From an uncultured Roseobacter sp. (GTDB lineage Bacteria > Pseudomonadota > Alphaproteobacteria > Rhodobacterales > Rhodobacteraceae): a DNA stretch of 64,000 bases. Below are positions 1-9,103 of this stretch, piece by piece. The translations under genes were made by a program, and so were the position numbers. The stretch's first letter is position 1; every line of letters starts with the position of its first letter. The notes under the pieces were generated by a model. That model was not told where the DNA came from and searched no databases. It saw only the letters and a program-made list of their open reading frames with translations. The stretch is taken from the NCBI RefSeq assembly GCF_947492555.1, contig NZ_CANLNE010000007.1, positions 10,302 through 74,301 of the forward strand, written 5' to 3'.

Positions 1-165
1 CACTCCGCCTCGCTGCATGAGGTCACCATGCTATCTTATTCAATCAAATGGCGAGCTTGATCGACACCTTTAGAAACCGAAAATCACACAGTATCAGCCG
101 CTTCATCGTCGAATGTATAGTATATTGCGTGGTTAAATACTCCACATCATGGCCGAGCTTCGGTC

Positions 166-378
166 ATGAATCTGAAGGAACGAGTAGGTCTAAATCTTCA
201 AGATGCCCGGCGCGCCAAGGGCATCAGCCAGGAGGAATTGGCGCATCGTGCAAGTGTGAACCGCGGCTATGTCGGCAAGATCGAAAACGCCAAGTATTCC
301 GCTTCGCTGACAACGCTCGAAAAGATCGCCCAAGCTCTGAACATCGATCCTTCGGAACTTCTCAAACCCCGCAGCTAG
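166..378 (+). CDS. XRE/Cro-C1 family helix-turn-helix transcriptional regulator (70 aa)
   Basis: Typical HTH_3 pattern: RRAKGISQEELAHRASVNRGYVGKIENAKYSASLTTLEKIAQALNI. Confidence 0.9.
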   Translation: MNLKERVGLNLQDARRAKGISQEELAHRASVNRGYVGKIENAKYSASLTTLEKIAQALNIDPSELLKPRS

Positions 379-411
379 GAGGCCGGACGACACCCTGCTC
401 CGGGATGGCGG

Positions 412-615
412 GTGGATGATCGTCCGCTCAAAGGCGTGCCCGTGCGCGAAGGCGTGGCAATCGTGAACGGGTCAGAACTTGTCGTCTGGCAAGAGCATCT
501 CTGGAACACCGGCGACCGCACGCGGGTCTGGCTCGTAAGGCCCGATGAGATTTGCGTAGTCAATATCATCGAACGAGATATCGATCTCGATCTCGATAGA
601 TCCGGACTCGCCTAG
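412..615 (+). CDS. small hypothetical protein (67 aa)
   Basis: GTG-start ORF directly downstream of the XRE gene on the same strand; no recognised motif. Confidence 0.4.
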   Translation: MDDRPLKGVPVREGVAIVNGSELVVWQEHLWNTGDRTRVWLVRPDEICVVNIIERDIDLDLDRSGLA

Positions 616-616
616 T

Positions 617-865
617 CTAGCGCGCCTTGTTCGATTGCGAGAGAACCGTTCCTGCCAACGATTTCGTGCCACTGCTGTACTTGTCGCTTTGCAGGACCTT
701 GGAGGCTTTGTCTTCCATCGCCGCCCCCGTCTGTTTACCAGTCCCAGACTGCGATAGCGCCGAGGCCGCCAGGCTCTTGGCGGTTGCGGAGGCGTTCGGG
801 TCGCTCAGTGTGGCCGCTGTCTGCGATGCGACTTTCCGCGAGGTGCGGTTCGTGTTCTTGCCCAT
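617..865 (-). CDS. small Ser/Ala/Lys-rich hypothetical protein with an internal repeat (82 aa)
   Basis: ATG at 865 preceded by GGAG; repeated motif KSLAASALSQS / KSLAGTVLSQS. Confidence 0.65.
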   Translation of the reverse strand: MGKNTNRTSRKVASQTAATLSDPNASATAKSLAASALSQSGTGKQTGAAMEDKASKVLQSDKYSSGTKSLAGTVLSQSNKAR

Positions 866-1023
866 GATACTGCTCCACAAGGCGATTCTGTTCCTGTTTT
901 GTTTACACTCGATGGCGCGACCCGTCCATCAAAATCGTTACACTTATTTCACTTATTCCGTTTATTTCTCTTGCATGCGTGACTCCCTGGGTACATCTAA
1001 GGGGTGAACCGAGGAGAAATACC

Positions 1024-1488
1024 ATGGCCGATACTGCGGAAAGACCAGCCCAGAGCGGGCTTATGGAGCGCCCGCCGACCCGGGAAGAAATCGACAGTGC
1101 CGCGCATGCCGCAACGGCCATCGCCGTGGCTATGGAGCTGGACGGAGGCTTGAAAGTCTCGGGAGAAAACGGCGATCCGGTCTCCATCGCGCCAGAGGTT
1201 GGAAAACTGATTATCGAACTGCTCGGCCACGTGAGCAACGGGAATATGGTCACGCTGGTTCCGGTCGGCACCATGCTCACAACCCAACAAGCCGCCGACA
1301 TGCTGAACGTGTCCCGCCCTCATCTCACGAAGTTGCTCAAGGAGGGGAAGATCCGATTTGAAGAGGTGGGCAAGCACCGGCGCGTGCCTCTAACGGCGCT
1401 CATGCAGTACCGGGAAGAGAAAGAGCGGCGCCAGGAGCAGGCGATGCGCGACCTTGCGCGATTGGGTCAGGAGTTCGACAACGCATGA
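1024..1488 (+). CDS. excisionase-family (MerR-like wHTH) DNA-binding protein, putative antitoxin
   Basis: GAGGAG RBS before ATG 1024; LTTQQAADMLNVSRPHLTKLLKEGKIRFEEVGKHRRV excisionase HTH; ATGA overlap with the PIN gene. Confidence 0.85.
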   Translation: MADTAERPAQSGLMERPPTREEIDSAAHAATAIAVAMELDGGLKVSGENGDPVSIAPEVGKLIIELLGHVSNGNMVTLVPVGTMLTTQQAADMLNVSRPHLTKLLKEGKIRFEEVGKHRRVPLTALMQYREEKERRQEQAMRDLARLGQEFDNA

Positions 1489-2063
1489 GTTTTGTGGCCA
1501 ACCCCTTCGTGGTTGTCCTCGATGCCAACGTCCTGTTTCCGTTCCGGGTTCGGGACGTCCTCTTGACGTTCACACAAGAAGGCCTGTTTCGGGCCAGAGT
1601 CACCGATGAAATCCTCGACGAATGGACACGCAACCTGATCGCGCTCAAGCCACATCTAGAAGAGAGCGTTCGCCAGCAGGAAGCCGCGATCAGAGAGACT
1701 TTCGAAGAATGCTTCGTGACCGGTTACCAGCCCCTGATCGCCGGTCTGGACCTGCCGGACCCGGACGACAGGCACGTTCTCGCGGCGGCGATCCGATGCT
1801 CAGCACAGGTTATTGTGACAGAAAACCATCGAGACTTCCCAAGCGGAGTTCTCGACGATTATGGCGTCGAAACGCTCGGCGCGGATGACATGCTCGCCAA
1901 TACCTACGACCTGTATCCATCTGGCGGCGCCCGTGCACTCCGCCGCGTTAGAAAAAGGTATGAAAACCCGCCGATGACACCGTCCGAGTTCCTGCTCGAC
2001 CTGACCCGGCATGGCTTATCGAAACTGGCGGCGCAAGCCCGTGCCGATATCGAATACCTGTAG
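1485..2063 (+). CDS. PIN-domain protein, putative toxin
   Basis: PIN motifs VVLDANVL, EILDEW, PDPDDRHVLAAA, IVTEN..DF; translationally coupled to the upstream HTH gene. Confidence 0.88.
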   Translation: MSFVANPFVVVLDANVLFPFRVRDVLLTFTQEGLFRARVTDEILDEWTRNLIALKPHLEESVRQQEAAIRETFEECFVTGYQPLIAGLDLPDPDDRHVLAAAIRCSAQVIVTENHRDFPSGVLDDYGVETLGADDMLANTYDLYPSGGARALRRVRKRYENPPMTPSEFLLDLTRHGLSKLAAQARADIEYL

Positions 2064-2078
2064 TTGCCGAACAACGCC

Positions 2079-2657
2079 TCAGTATCTGACCCATTCGGTG
2101 TAATCCATGGCGCCGTCGTAATCGCCATACTCCATCATGACGGCCCGGCTATAGAAGGTCCAAAGCCCACCCGAACCGGGTGTCGGGATGTCCTGGCCGT
2201 TTTCAGAAGCGAACGTAGCTGGCCAAGGCGAATGTGAGCCGTAGACGCGCACGATATAATGACAGTTCTTGTTTTCATGATCGCAGGATCTGATGGACCA
2301 GTCCCACTGACGTGGTTCATCACGCGGTTCATAGGATCGACCGCGCCACCAAAGCACGCGCGTTCGGCGTAGCCATTCGTAGTCGGGAGTCGAAACATCG
2401 AGGGCATCCTCTCCACCCGGGCCACCCAAAGCAACCGGAACGGCGGCATAGGTGCAGACCCCAAAGGGTGGCCGCCTCGGCCAGGGCGTAATCCGCCGGA
2501 TCATTTCGGCATAGGCGGCGGAGCACACAGCACTCGATGGAAATCCACCGGCCATACAGAGCATGATGGCGCAATCCATATCGTAGGCATGGGCTTTCTG
2601 GGCGTCGACCGTCAGCCCGGCTGCCAGAACCAGTGACGCAAGGCGGGTGTGTCTCAT
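2079..2657 (-). CDS. exported Cys-containing protein, possibly TrbM/KikA-like, divergent from virB
   Basis: Signal peptide ending AHA; DCAIMLCMAGGFPSSAVCSAAY resembles the C..LC..G...C pattern of TrbM/KikA; family call is tentative. Confidence 0.55.
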   Translation of the reverse strand: MRHTRLASLVLAAGLTVDAQKAHAYDMDCAIMLCMAGGFPSSAVCSAAYAEMIRRITPWPRRPPFGVCTYAAVPVALGGPGGEDALDVSTPDYEWLRRTRVLWWRGRSYEPRDEPRQWDWSIRSCDHENKNCHYIVRVYGSHSPWPATFASENGQDIPTPGSGGLWTFYSRAVMMEYGDYDGAMDYTEWVRY

Positions 2658-2695
2658 ATCGGCCTCCTGGAGTGATTAGGCCAATTCTCGCTCAA

Positions 2696-2724
2696 AATAC
2701 GTATTGCGCAATATTATATATTGC
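2696..2724. promoter_or_regulatory. AT-rich cluster of overlapping palindromes in the divergent virB promoter region
   Basis: AATACGTATT (2696-2705), TATTGCGCAATA (2702-2713), GCAATAT-tat-ATATTGC (2708-2724). Confidence 0.55.
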
Positions 2725-2785
2725 AGAGTGATGGCTTTCTGCGGAATGCTGCCGATTGTAGAAGGACTCCCAGTGGGGGAGTCCG

Positions 2786-3142
2786 GTGCCGATCGCAAGA
2801 GACCAAATCTTGATTACTATTGATGGGGTGAAGGACCTCATCGGGTCGGGAGTCGACTTCCGCTGTCGGTACGAGCTTGTCGAGTTCACGGACGATGGGA
2901 AGCCCCGCTATCAGTGTGTCTACCTGCGCGAAGGAGAGCCCGAGGCGATCCTGGTCTCGACACGGTTCGGACCCTACGGACCAGAACCCCGCCTCTTCAA
3001 CATCTGGCCCGGCCTCTTCAAACATCACCACGAGTTCGGCGATGGTCGCACTCTGTGTTTTGACAGCGACTACTCTATCCCCTTCGACGCTCCCGGCGGA
3101 GGCGATGATCTTCGGAGCGGACGGAAGCGTCAGAACAACTGA
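2786..3142 (+). CDS. hypothetical protein, first gene of the virB operon (118 aa)
   Basis: ORF between the promoter region and virB1; globular composition; no recognised motif. Confidence 0.65.
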   Translation: MPIARDQILITIDGVKDLIGSGVDFRCRYELVEFTDDGKPRYQCVYLREGEPEAILVSTRFGPYGPEPRLFNIWPGLFKHHHEFGDGRTLCFDSDYSIPFDAPGGGDDLRSGRKRQNN

Positions 3143-3707
3143 CGGCTGGACGGTTCACGGCCGGGAAGACAAGAACCCCCCGCCCACACACTCTCAGAAC
3201 TTTACAACCACGGCCCCGTCAGATGTGCTGGCAGCCATTGAAGCGACAGCTTCAAGGCATGAACGCAACCGGGCCCTACGAGCACTTGAGCTCAGTTCCG
3301 ATGACTGGCTGGCTCTGTTCCGCGCCCTGATCGAAGCTGAAAGCGCTTATCGCCCTGACGCCATAAGTGACAAAGGCGCTTATGGTCTCGGCCAACTCAT
3401 GGCCGCCACCGCACGCGACCTTGGCGTAGACAGAACCGATATCGCGCAGAACCTCGACGGGTCAGCACGGTATCTTTTGGCGCAGCTGGCATCCTTCAAC
3501 GACATCGACCTTGCGCTGGCCGCCTACAACGCCGGTCCGAATCGCGTCGTAGAATACGGGGGCGTGCCACCCTTCACGGAAACACGCGACTACATCGCCC
3601 GGGTGCATCGCATCCGCGCGCGCCTTTCCAGCGCAGCCACGCAAGACCTGACCGGACCGACGATGCGCGACGCCACGCGTCCCGTCGTCGTGCTCGACCT
3701 GAAGTAA
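3042..3707 (+). CDS. virB1: lytic transglycosylase, VirB1-like
   Basis: SLT motifs IEAESAY, GAYGLGQLM, ALAAYNAGP, ETRDY; start 3042 gives signal peptide MVALCVLTATTLSPSTLPAEA (alternative start 3105). Confidence 0.88.
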   Translation: MVALCVLTATTLSPSTLPAEAMIFGADGSVRTTDGWTVHGREDKNPPPTHSQNFTTTAPSDVLAAIEATASRHERNRALRALELSSDDWLALFRALIEAESAYRPDAISDKGAYGLGQLMAATARDLGVDRTDIAQNLDGSARYLLAQLASFNDIDLALAAYNAGPNRVVEYGGVPPFTETRDYIARVHRIRARLSSAATQDLTGPTMRDATRPVVVLDLK

Positions 3708-3728
3708 GACTTGAAACGAGGGAAACCG

Positions 3729-4010
3729 ATGCGAAGATTGCCCCCAGGATACCTGCCTCCACTCGTTGGCCTTCTGGCCTTATGGGCCTCCCCTGCCCTC
3801 GCCCAGGACCTCTCCCCCATCCAGACGATGCTCGAGACAATCGAAGCGGCGCTCACCGGCCCAATCGGCATCGCGGTCGCGACGCTCGCCGTCATCGGCA
3901 CTGGCTTCATGTGCATGATGGGGCGGCTCAACTGGGGATGGTTCGCCTCCGTGGTGATCGGGATCGTCTTGATCTTCTCCGCGGGCACCATCGTTGACGG
4001 GTTTACCTGA
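3729..4010 (+). CDS. virB2: TrbC/VirB2 family pilin
   Basis: Signal peptide ending ALAQ followed by two hydrophobic helices; position upstream of virB3. Confidence 0.88.
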   Translation: MRRLPPGYLPPLVGLLALWASPALAQDLSPIQTMLETIEAALTGPIGIAVATLAVIGTGFMCMMGRLNWGWFASVVIGIVLIFSAGTIVDGFT

Positions 4011-4288
4011 TGGCCATGCGATCCCCTCTCTTTCTCGGGTTGGCCCGTCCGCCGAAATATCTCGGCTTGCCGGTCGGATATCTCGTCGTGCTCACGCTTG
4101 GCGTGGTCCTGCCCTTTATCTGGACGAAGTCACTGGTCTTCTTTCTGGTCGGTGCGCTCGCCTATCCTGTCCTCTGGTTTGTTGCCGACAAGGAGCCGCA
4201 TTTCTTCGAAGTCCTGCGCGTCTCCTACGGCACGGTGCGCGGTACGCGCAATCGAGCGCTTCACGGCGGAGACAGCTATGGCGCTTGA
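4010..4288 (+). CDS. virB3: VirB3 family T4SS membrane protein
   Basis: LFLGLARPPKYLGLP motif, two TM segments, 92 aa, between virB2 and virB4. Confidence 0.88.
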   Translation: MAMRSPLFLGLARPPKYLGLPVGYLVVLTLGVVLPFIWTKSLVFFLVGALAYPVLWFVADKEPHFFEVLRVSYGTVRGTRNRALHGGDSYGA

Positions 4289-6659
4289 CGGGATGAAATA
4301 CGCAAAGCCCAGCCCGGCGGTCATTGAAACCAGCGGCACCGCCCTGGCACGCGAAAGCCATCTCGCCGAGCATTTGCCCTACGTCGCCTTCGCCAAACGC
4401 GACGTCATGGTCTTGCGGGAGGGCGATCTGATGGCCACCCTCCGTCTTGAGGGTCTATCAGCAGCGACAACGCCGGACGCCGATCTTGATGCCGTGAAAC
4501 GCGCGGTCGCGGCGGTCATCGCGCAAACGGGCAATCTCTACGGCTTCTATGTCCATCGCATATTTGTCCCTCAGAAGCTCGCGATGCGTCCTGTACAAGG
4601 CGACGGCTTTGCAGCGGAGATCGACCGACGCTGGCAAGATCACATCGCGCAACTCGCGCCCAAAAAGCCGCAACTCTATCTCAGCATCTTGCGACGTCCG
4701 GAGATCGGGGCACGGGTCCCGCTGCTCAACGCCTTTGCCAAGCGAACCTGGATGAAAGACCGCGCGGGCCGTGCGCGGGAACTCGATGAAGTGGCCGGGT
4801 TTTTTGAGACTGCGCTTGGGCCTGCAAAACCCGTTCGTCTCGACAACACATCCGGCGAATGGCTCGGGTTTCTTGCGACGCTGCTCACCGGCCAATACGC
4901 CCCGATTGCCCGACCGAACGCCCCCCTGCCCCTGGCCTACGCGCTTGGGTCCTGCCGAGCGACTTTTGACGGAGATACGGCTCGGATCACATGTGGCACG
5001 ACGGGCGAGACACGGTATGGGGCCCTCTTCAGCATCAAGAGCTATCCTGCACTCACCGATGTCTCTCTGTTTGACGGTCTCGACCTTCCGCTTGATGTCG
5101 TGCTGACGAATTCCTTCACGCCGATCCCCACCAATATCATGGCGGAACGGATTCAACGGATCGTTCGGCAGATGCGGGCCGCCGATGACGCGGCAGTCTC
5201 CTTGCGGGATCAACTCATGGAAGCGGCCGATGACCAGGAAGCCGGGCGCATTGCGTTCGGCGATCATCACCTGTCCATCGCTGTCTACGCGCCCGATCAA
5301 CCGACGCTCGAACAGGCCGCAGCCGAGATCAAACGTCTGGGGCAGGAAATCATGGCCGTGATCGTGCGAGCGAATATGGCGCTCAAGGCAACCTATTTTG
5401 GGCAGGCTCCCGGTAACTACGGCTACCGTGCCCGAAAGACACCGATCTCCACGATCAACTTTGCGGATTTCTCGGCGCTGCATGGATGCGTCGAAGGACG
5501 TTCGGATCGAGAGACGCCGTGGGGATCGCGCGTGACAGTCTTCCCGACGACGGGCACCTCTGCCTACGGCTTCAACTTCCACGAATCCGGATCGCCCGAG
5601 CGCGAACCGACCGTTGGCCACACGCTTGTTCTGGGTCGCACGGGCAGTGGCAAGACCCTCACGACTGCTTTTCTCGCCGCCCAAGCGCAGCGGGTCGGCG
5701 CTCGGCTGTTTTTCTTCGACAAGGATCGCGGGCTCGAGATGGCGGTGCGCGCCCTGGGCGGTCACTACAATACGATCCTTGCCGGTATCCCAACCGGCCT
5801 CAATCCGCTGCAGACAGAAACGGATGAACGCGGACGGGCCTGGCTGTCGGACTGGCTGGCGACGCTTCTGGCGCAGGCAGGCGATCTGTCCGGAGAGCAG
5901 TCTCGGCACATTCAGAGCGCGGTGTCGCAGAATGCGGATGCCGGCCCCTCGCTGCAACAGTTTGTCTCGTTCCAGACCTTGTTCCAATCGCTCGACGATG
6001 ATGGTGAGTTGCAGGCGCGTGTTGGGGAATGGGCACCGGGCGGTCGTTATGGCTGGGTCTTCGATATGCCGCAGGACAACGATGCCTTGCACATGGACGG
6101 CGACATTGTCGGATTCGACATGACCGAGATCCTCGACATGTCGACCGAGCGTATGGCTGTCTTGTCCTACATCCTGCGCCGGATCGAGCGGGTCGTGGAA
6201 GATCGCCAACCGACAGTGATTGTTCTGGACGAAGCCTGGAAGCTTCTCGACGATCCCTATTTCGCGGCGAGGCTCGAAAACTGGCTCGTCACCCTCCGCA
6301 AGATGAACTGCGTCGTCGTGATGATGACCCAATACCCCAGTCAATTGCGAGAGGCTCGGGTCGGCAAGACCATCATCGAGACGGTACCCACGCAGATACT
6401 CTTCCCCAACGAGCGGGCGACCCCCTCCGACTACGACTTCCTGCGCGTGAACGAAAAGGAGGCCGAGCTGCTGACAAGGCCCACAGCAGGTCAGCGTATC
6501 GCGCTGGTGCGATCCGCAGGTGACAGCGTCTTTGTCGATGCAGACCTCTCAGCGCTTGGGCCGCTTCTTAACATTTTGGGAGGAGGTCGATCCGCTGAGG
6601 CGCAGCTTGGCAACAACTGGCGCAGCTCTCCTGAATTCTGGAGGCAGCTATGCGATTAG
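4278..6659 (+). CDS. virB4: VirB4 family T4SS ATPase
   Basis: Walker A GRTGSGKT, FDKDRG, Walker B IVLDEAW; ~790 aa. Confidence 0.95.
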   Translation: MALDGMKYAKPSPAVIETSGTALARESHLAEHLPYVAFAKRDVMVLREGDLMATLRLEGLSAATTPDADLDAVKRAVAAVIAQTGNLYGFYVHRIFVPQKLAMRPVQGDGFAAEIDRRWQDHIAQLAPKKPQLYLSILRRPEIGARVPLLNAFAKRTWMKDRAGRARELDEVAGFFETALGPAKPVRLDNTSGEWLGFLATLLTGQYAPIARPNAPLPLAYALGSCRATFDGDTARITCGTTGETRYGALFSIKSYPALTDVSLFDGLDLPLDVVLTNSFTPIPTNIMAERIQRIVRQMRAADDAAVSLRDQLMEAADDQEAGRIAFGDHHLSIAVYAPDQPTLEQAAAEIKRLGQEIMAVIVRANMALKATYFGQAPGNYGYRARKTPISTINFADFSALHGCVEGRSDRETPWGSRVTVFPTTGTSAYGFNFHESGSPEREPTVGHTLVLGRTGSGKTLTTAFLAAQAQRVGARLFFFDKDRGLEMAVRALGGHYNTILAGIPTGLNPLQTETDERGRAWLSDWLATLLAQAGDLSGEQSRHIQSAVSQNADAGPSLQQFVSFQTLFQSLDDDGELQARVGEWAPGGRYGWVFDMPQDNDALHMDGDIVGFDMTEILDMSTERMAVLSYILRRIERVVEDRQPTVIVLDEAWKLLDDPYFAARLENWLVTLRKMNCVVVMMTQYPSQLREARVGKTIIETVPTQILFPNERATPSDYDFLRVNEKEAELLTRPTAGQRIALVRSAGDSVFVDADLSALGPLLNILGGGRSAEAQLGNNWRSSPEFWRQLCD

Positions 6660-6835
6660 CTCTGATCTTTTTGGCGACGATGCTTGCCGCCTGTGAACGC
6701 TATACGGATGCCACCTCGCCATGCTTTGGCCGCGACGGCGCGCCTGCCGTGAGCAGAGCCAGTACAGAAGTTTTCTCCTTTGCGGCGCAAGGCACCAAGG
6801 ACTGCGACTTCGAAGCGATCGGGCGCAGCCCATGA
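6650..6835 (+). CDS. small lipoprotein, VirB7-like
   Basis: Lipobox LAAC after a hydrophobic N-terminus; 61 aa; overlaps both neighbours. Confidence 0.65.
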   Translation: MRLALIFLATMLAACERYTDATSPCFGRDGAPAVSRASTEVFSFAAQGTKDCDFEAIGRSP

Positions 6836-7938
6836 AACCGGCGGCCTCTCTCATTGCCATTCTGGTCTGCTCGACGCCCCTCGCCCAAGCGCAAGGCGTG
6901 CCAACGCAAGACAACACAGGGCTTGGGCAACTTTTCACCATCCTCTCGAAACTGGGGGACGATATGGAGGCACAGCGCGACCAACTGAACACGGGAGAAA
7001 CGCTCTCATCGGTTCAATCCGATCAGCTTCGGGTGCTGGAGGCGATGTCAGCCGCGCTCACCGGCCCGGGGCTCGACATTCGCGCGCTGGAAGGAAACGC
7101 GGACTTCCCTGCGGGCGATGTCTACCCCGTTGCCGCAAATCATCCCATGGACAACCGCCTCTTCGGGGAGGGACGCGAGACCGTCGAGATGATGATTGTG
7201 CGGGTGGCCGATGAATATGCCGGATCAGCGGGTGTGCGGCGGGCCGGTCTTTCGTCCACCCAGTGGCGTTGCCTTTTCCAGGCGCTGATCAAACAGGAAA
7301 GCCGGTTCAGCGTCACCGCGCAAAGCCCCGTGGGCGCCTATGGCCTGACGCAGCTCATGCCGGGAACAGCGTCTGACATGGGTGTTGATCGATACGATGT
7401 TATGGACAACCTCCGCGGCGGCGCGAGGTACATTACGACGCAGCTGAATACCTTCGGGAACATCCCGCATGCACTTGCCGCCTATAATGCCGGACCCGGA
7501 CGGGTCCATGAATATGGCGGCGTGCCACCCTTTGCCGAAACCCAGGGCTATGTCCGGAATATCTCGCGGTTCTACAACGAATACCTCGCCGTTGTCGGTG
7601 GAGCGGATGCGCTCGGCACGCTTTCACCGTCGGACATGGCGCTTGCGGAGTACAGCAGCATCTCAGAAGCCAGTGTATACTACGCCGCCGATAGCCACGC
7701 CACGACCGAGCAAGTCATCAATCGGCTCGCCTCGATCATCCGGCAGATCGACGAGACGCCGGATATCAAGCGGGCCTTCGAACTCAATACCTACGCCAAG
7801 GCCGAAATCGGCCGCATTCTCAACCTTCGCGTTCGTCTGATGGCTGCCAACCGTCAGCGCGAGGCAGCCCATGGCCAACATCTGGCCGCGGACCGGCTCT
7901 CTGAGCGCGACTTCATGCGCATGGGAGCAATCAGATGA
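6832..7938 (+). CDS. second lytic transglycosylase with VirB5-like N- and C-terminal helical regions
   Basis: Signal peptide then QGVPTQD (VirB5-like start); central SLT motifs IKQESRF, GAYGLTQLMP, ALAAYNAGP, ETQGY. Confidence 0.85.
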   Translation: MKPAASLIAILVCSTPLAQAQGVPTQDNTGLGQLFTILSKLGDDMEAQRDQLNTGETLSSVQSDQLRVLEAMSAALTGPGLDIRALEGNADFPAGDVYPVAANHPMDNRLFGEGRETVEMMIVRVADEYAGSAGVRRAGLSSTQWRCLFQALIKQESRFSVTAQSPVGAYGLTQLMPGTASDMGVDRYDVMDNLRGGARYITTQLNTFGNIPHALAAYNAGPGRVHEYGGVPPFAETQGYVRNISRFYNEYLAVVGGADALGTLSPSDMALAEYSSISEASVYYAADSHATTEQVINRLASIIRQIDETPDIKRAFELNTYAKAEIGRILNLRVRLMAANRQREAAHGQHLAADRLSERDFMRMGAIR

Positions 7939-8708
7939 AAGGAAAGACCTTCGGCACCGCCTTCGCCACCCTTCTCGCCGTCACACCCGCAGATCAAGCC
8001 GATGCCCAAGGTGTCCCGACATTCGACAATTCGAACCTTCGACAATTGGTCTTGCAGCTCGAACACATGGCGGAGGATCTGAATGTCCAGCTGCAACAGC
8101 TCGCGACGATGCGGCAGGAGTTGGAAACGCAATTGAGCCAGCTTCTGAACCTCGAGGACCAACTGGCCTCTCTCATCGATGGCAATGAATTGGGCCAACT
8201 CTTTGCGACCGTCGAAGAGTTCGAGAGGGTCCGTGGCAAGCTGACAGCACCACTCGCGACAGCTGAAGCCATTTCGAGCGGTGACTTTCTGAGCGGCTTT
8301 CGACCGGGGGCGGAGCTGGATGCTGCCGTTGAACGGGTTCTGTCCGGTAGCGGGTTCACACAAGAGCGCCTGACATCCCTGGCGACCAGCGATGAGCCCG
8401 CAGACAATCGGATCGCAACGCAAGCCGGGTCCAGCGCGATGCTGTCGGTTGCCGCCCAAGAAAGCCATGTCGAAGCCGGGGAAAGCCTTGGCCGTCTTGA
8501 GACCATGGTGGGGCTGATCGACGACCAAGGCGGTCTGAAAGCGGCGGTCGATCTCAACACGCGCGTGACCGCCGAACTCGGCATCATCCTCACGCAGATC
8601 TGGCGTCTGGAAGCCGCCGCCGGCGTCAATGGCGGGCAGTTGGGTGTCGTTGACGCCGCGACCCTCGCCGAGGAGCGAAAATTCCGCTCAATGGAGGTGC
8701 CAAAATGA
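7935..8708 (+). CDS. virB5: VirB5 family minor pilin
   Basis: Signal peptide, QGVPTFD, coiled-coil QQL repeats, KAAVDLNTRV motif. Confidence 0.85.
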   Translation: MKGKTFGTAFATLLAVTPADQADAQGVPTFDNSNLRQLVLQLEHMAEDLNVQLQQLATMRQELETQLSQLLNLEDQLASLIDGNELGQLFATVEEFERVRGKLTAPLATAEAISSGDFLSGFRPGAELDAAVERVLSGSGFTQERLTSLATSDEPADNRIATQAGSSAMLSVAAQESHVEAGESLGRLETMVGLIDDQGGLKAAVDLNTRVTAELGIILTQIWRLEAAAGVNGGQLGVVDAATLAEERKFRSMEVPK

Positions 8709-9103
8709 TCCGAGTGGCTCCCATTTCCCTGACCGCGCTTACGCTGGTCTGCATGCCGCTGACGCTGAGCGCTCAAACCTCCCAAGGTGGGTTCGAAACC
8801 ATGGTGCAACCGACCGATGACCAAACAGAATGCAAAGCTCCGCGGCCGCCGAAGGACCTTGCGGAAACCGCATACATTCGTAACGGCTACCGCGCGATTT
8901 TGCGCATCATCGCTACAGAACATTGGAGGGAAACGGGTGGCTGCGACTGCCAGATCGCGGAGTTTTCGTGGCGGGAGGTCGTTGAACGTTCCGAAGAATT
9001 TGTCATCTCTGGCAACCCGCGCTTGCCGTTTGACGTCGTTAAATTGGACGAAATGGCAACTGAGTTCGAGGAAGCCCGCACTGCGGCATGCTCGGCAGAC
9101 TGA
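8705..9103 (+). CDS. exported hypothetical protein between virB5 and virB6 (132 aa)
   Basis: Signal peptide, four Cys in the mature region, overlapping start/stop codons on both sides. Confidence 0.7.
   Translation: MIRVAPISLTALTLVCMPLTLSAQTSQGGFETMVQPTDDQTECKAPRPPKDLAETAYIRNGYRAILRIIATEHWRETGGCDCQIAEFSWREVVERSEEFVISGNPRLPFDVVKLDEMATEFEEARTAACSAD

Noticed and set aside
1-30. Possible start of a minus-strand gene running off the left edge
   Set aside because: Too little sequence to support a call.
48-419. 123-aa ORF overlapping the XRE gene
   Set aside because: Low-complexity Arg/Ser/Gly translation in another frame; the XRE frame is clearly the real gene.
4458-6344. 628-aa minus-strand ORF
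   Set aside because: Antisense shadow of virB4 in GC-rich DNA; no motifs. The same applies to long shadows at 7994-8923, 10521-11684, 31759-32646, 38791-39975, 44089-45096 and 58602-59579.
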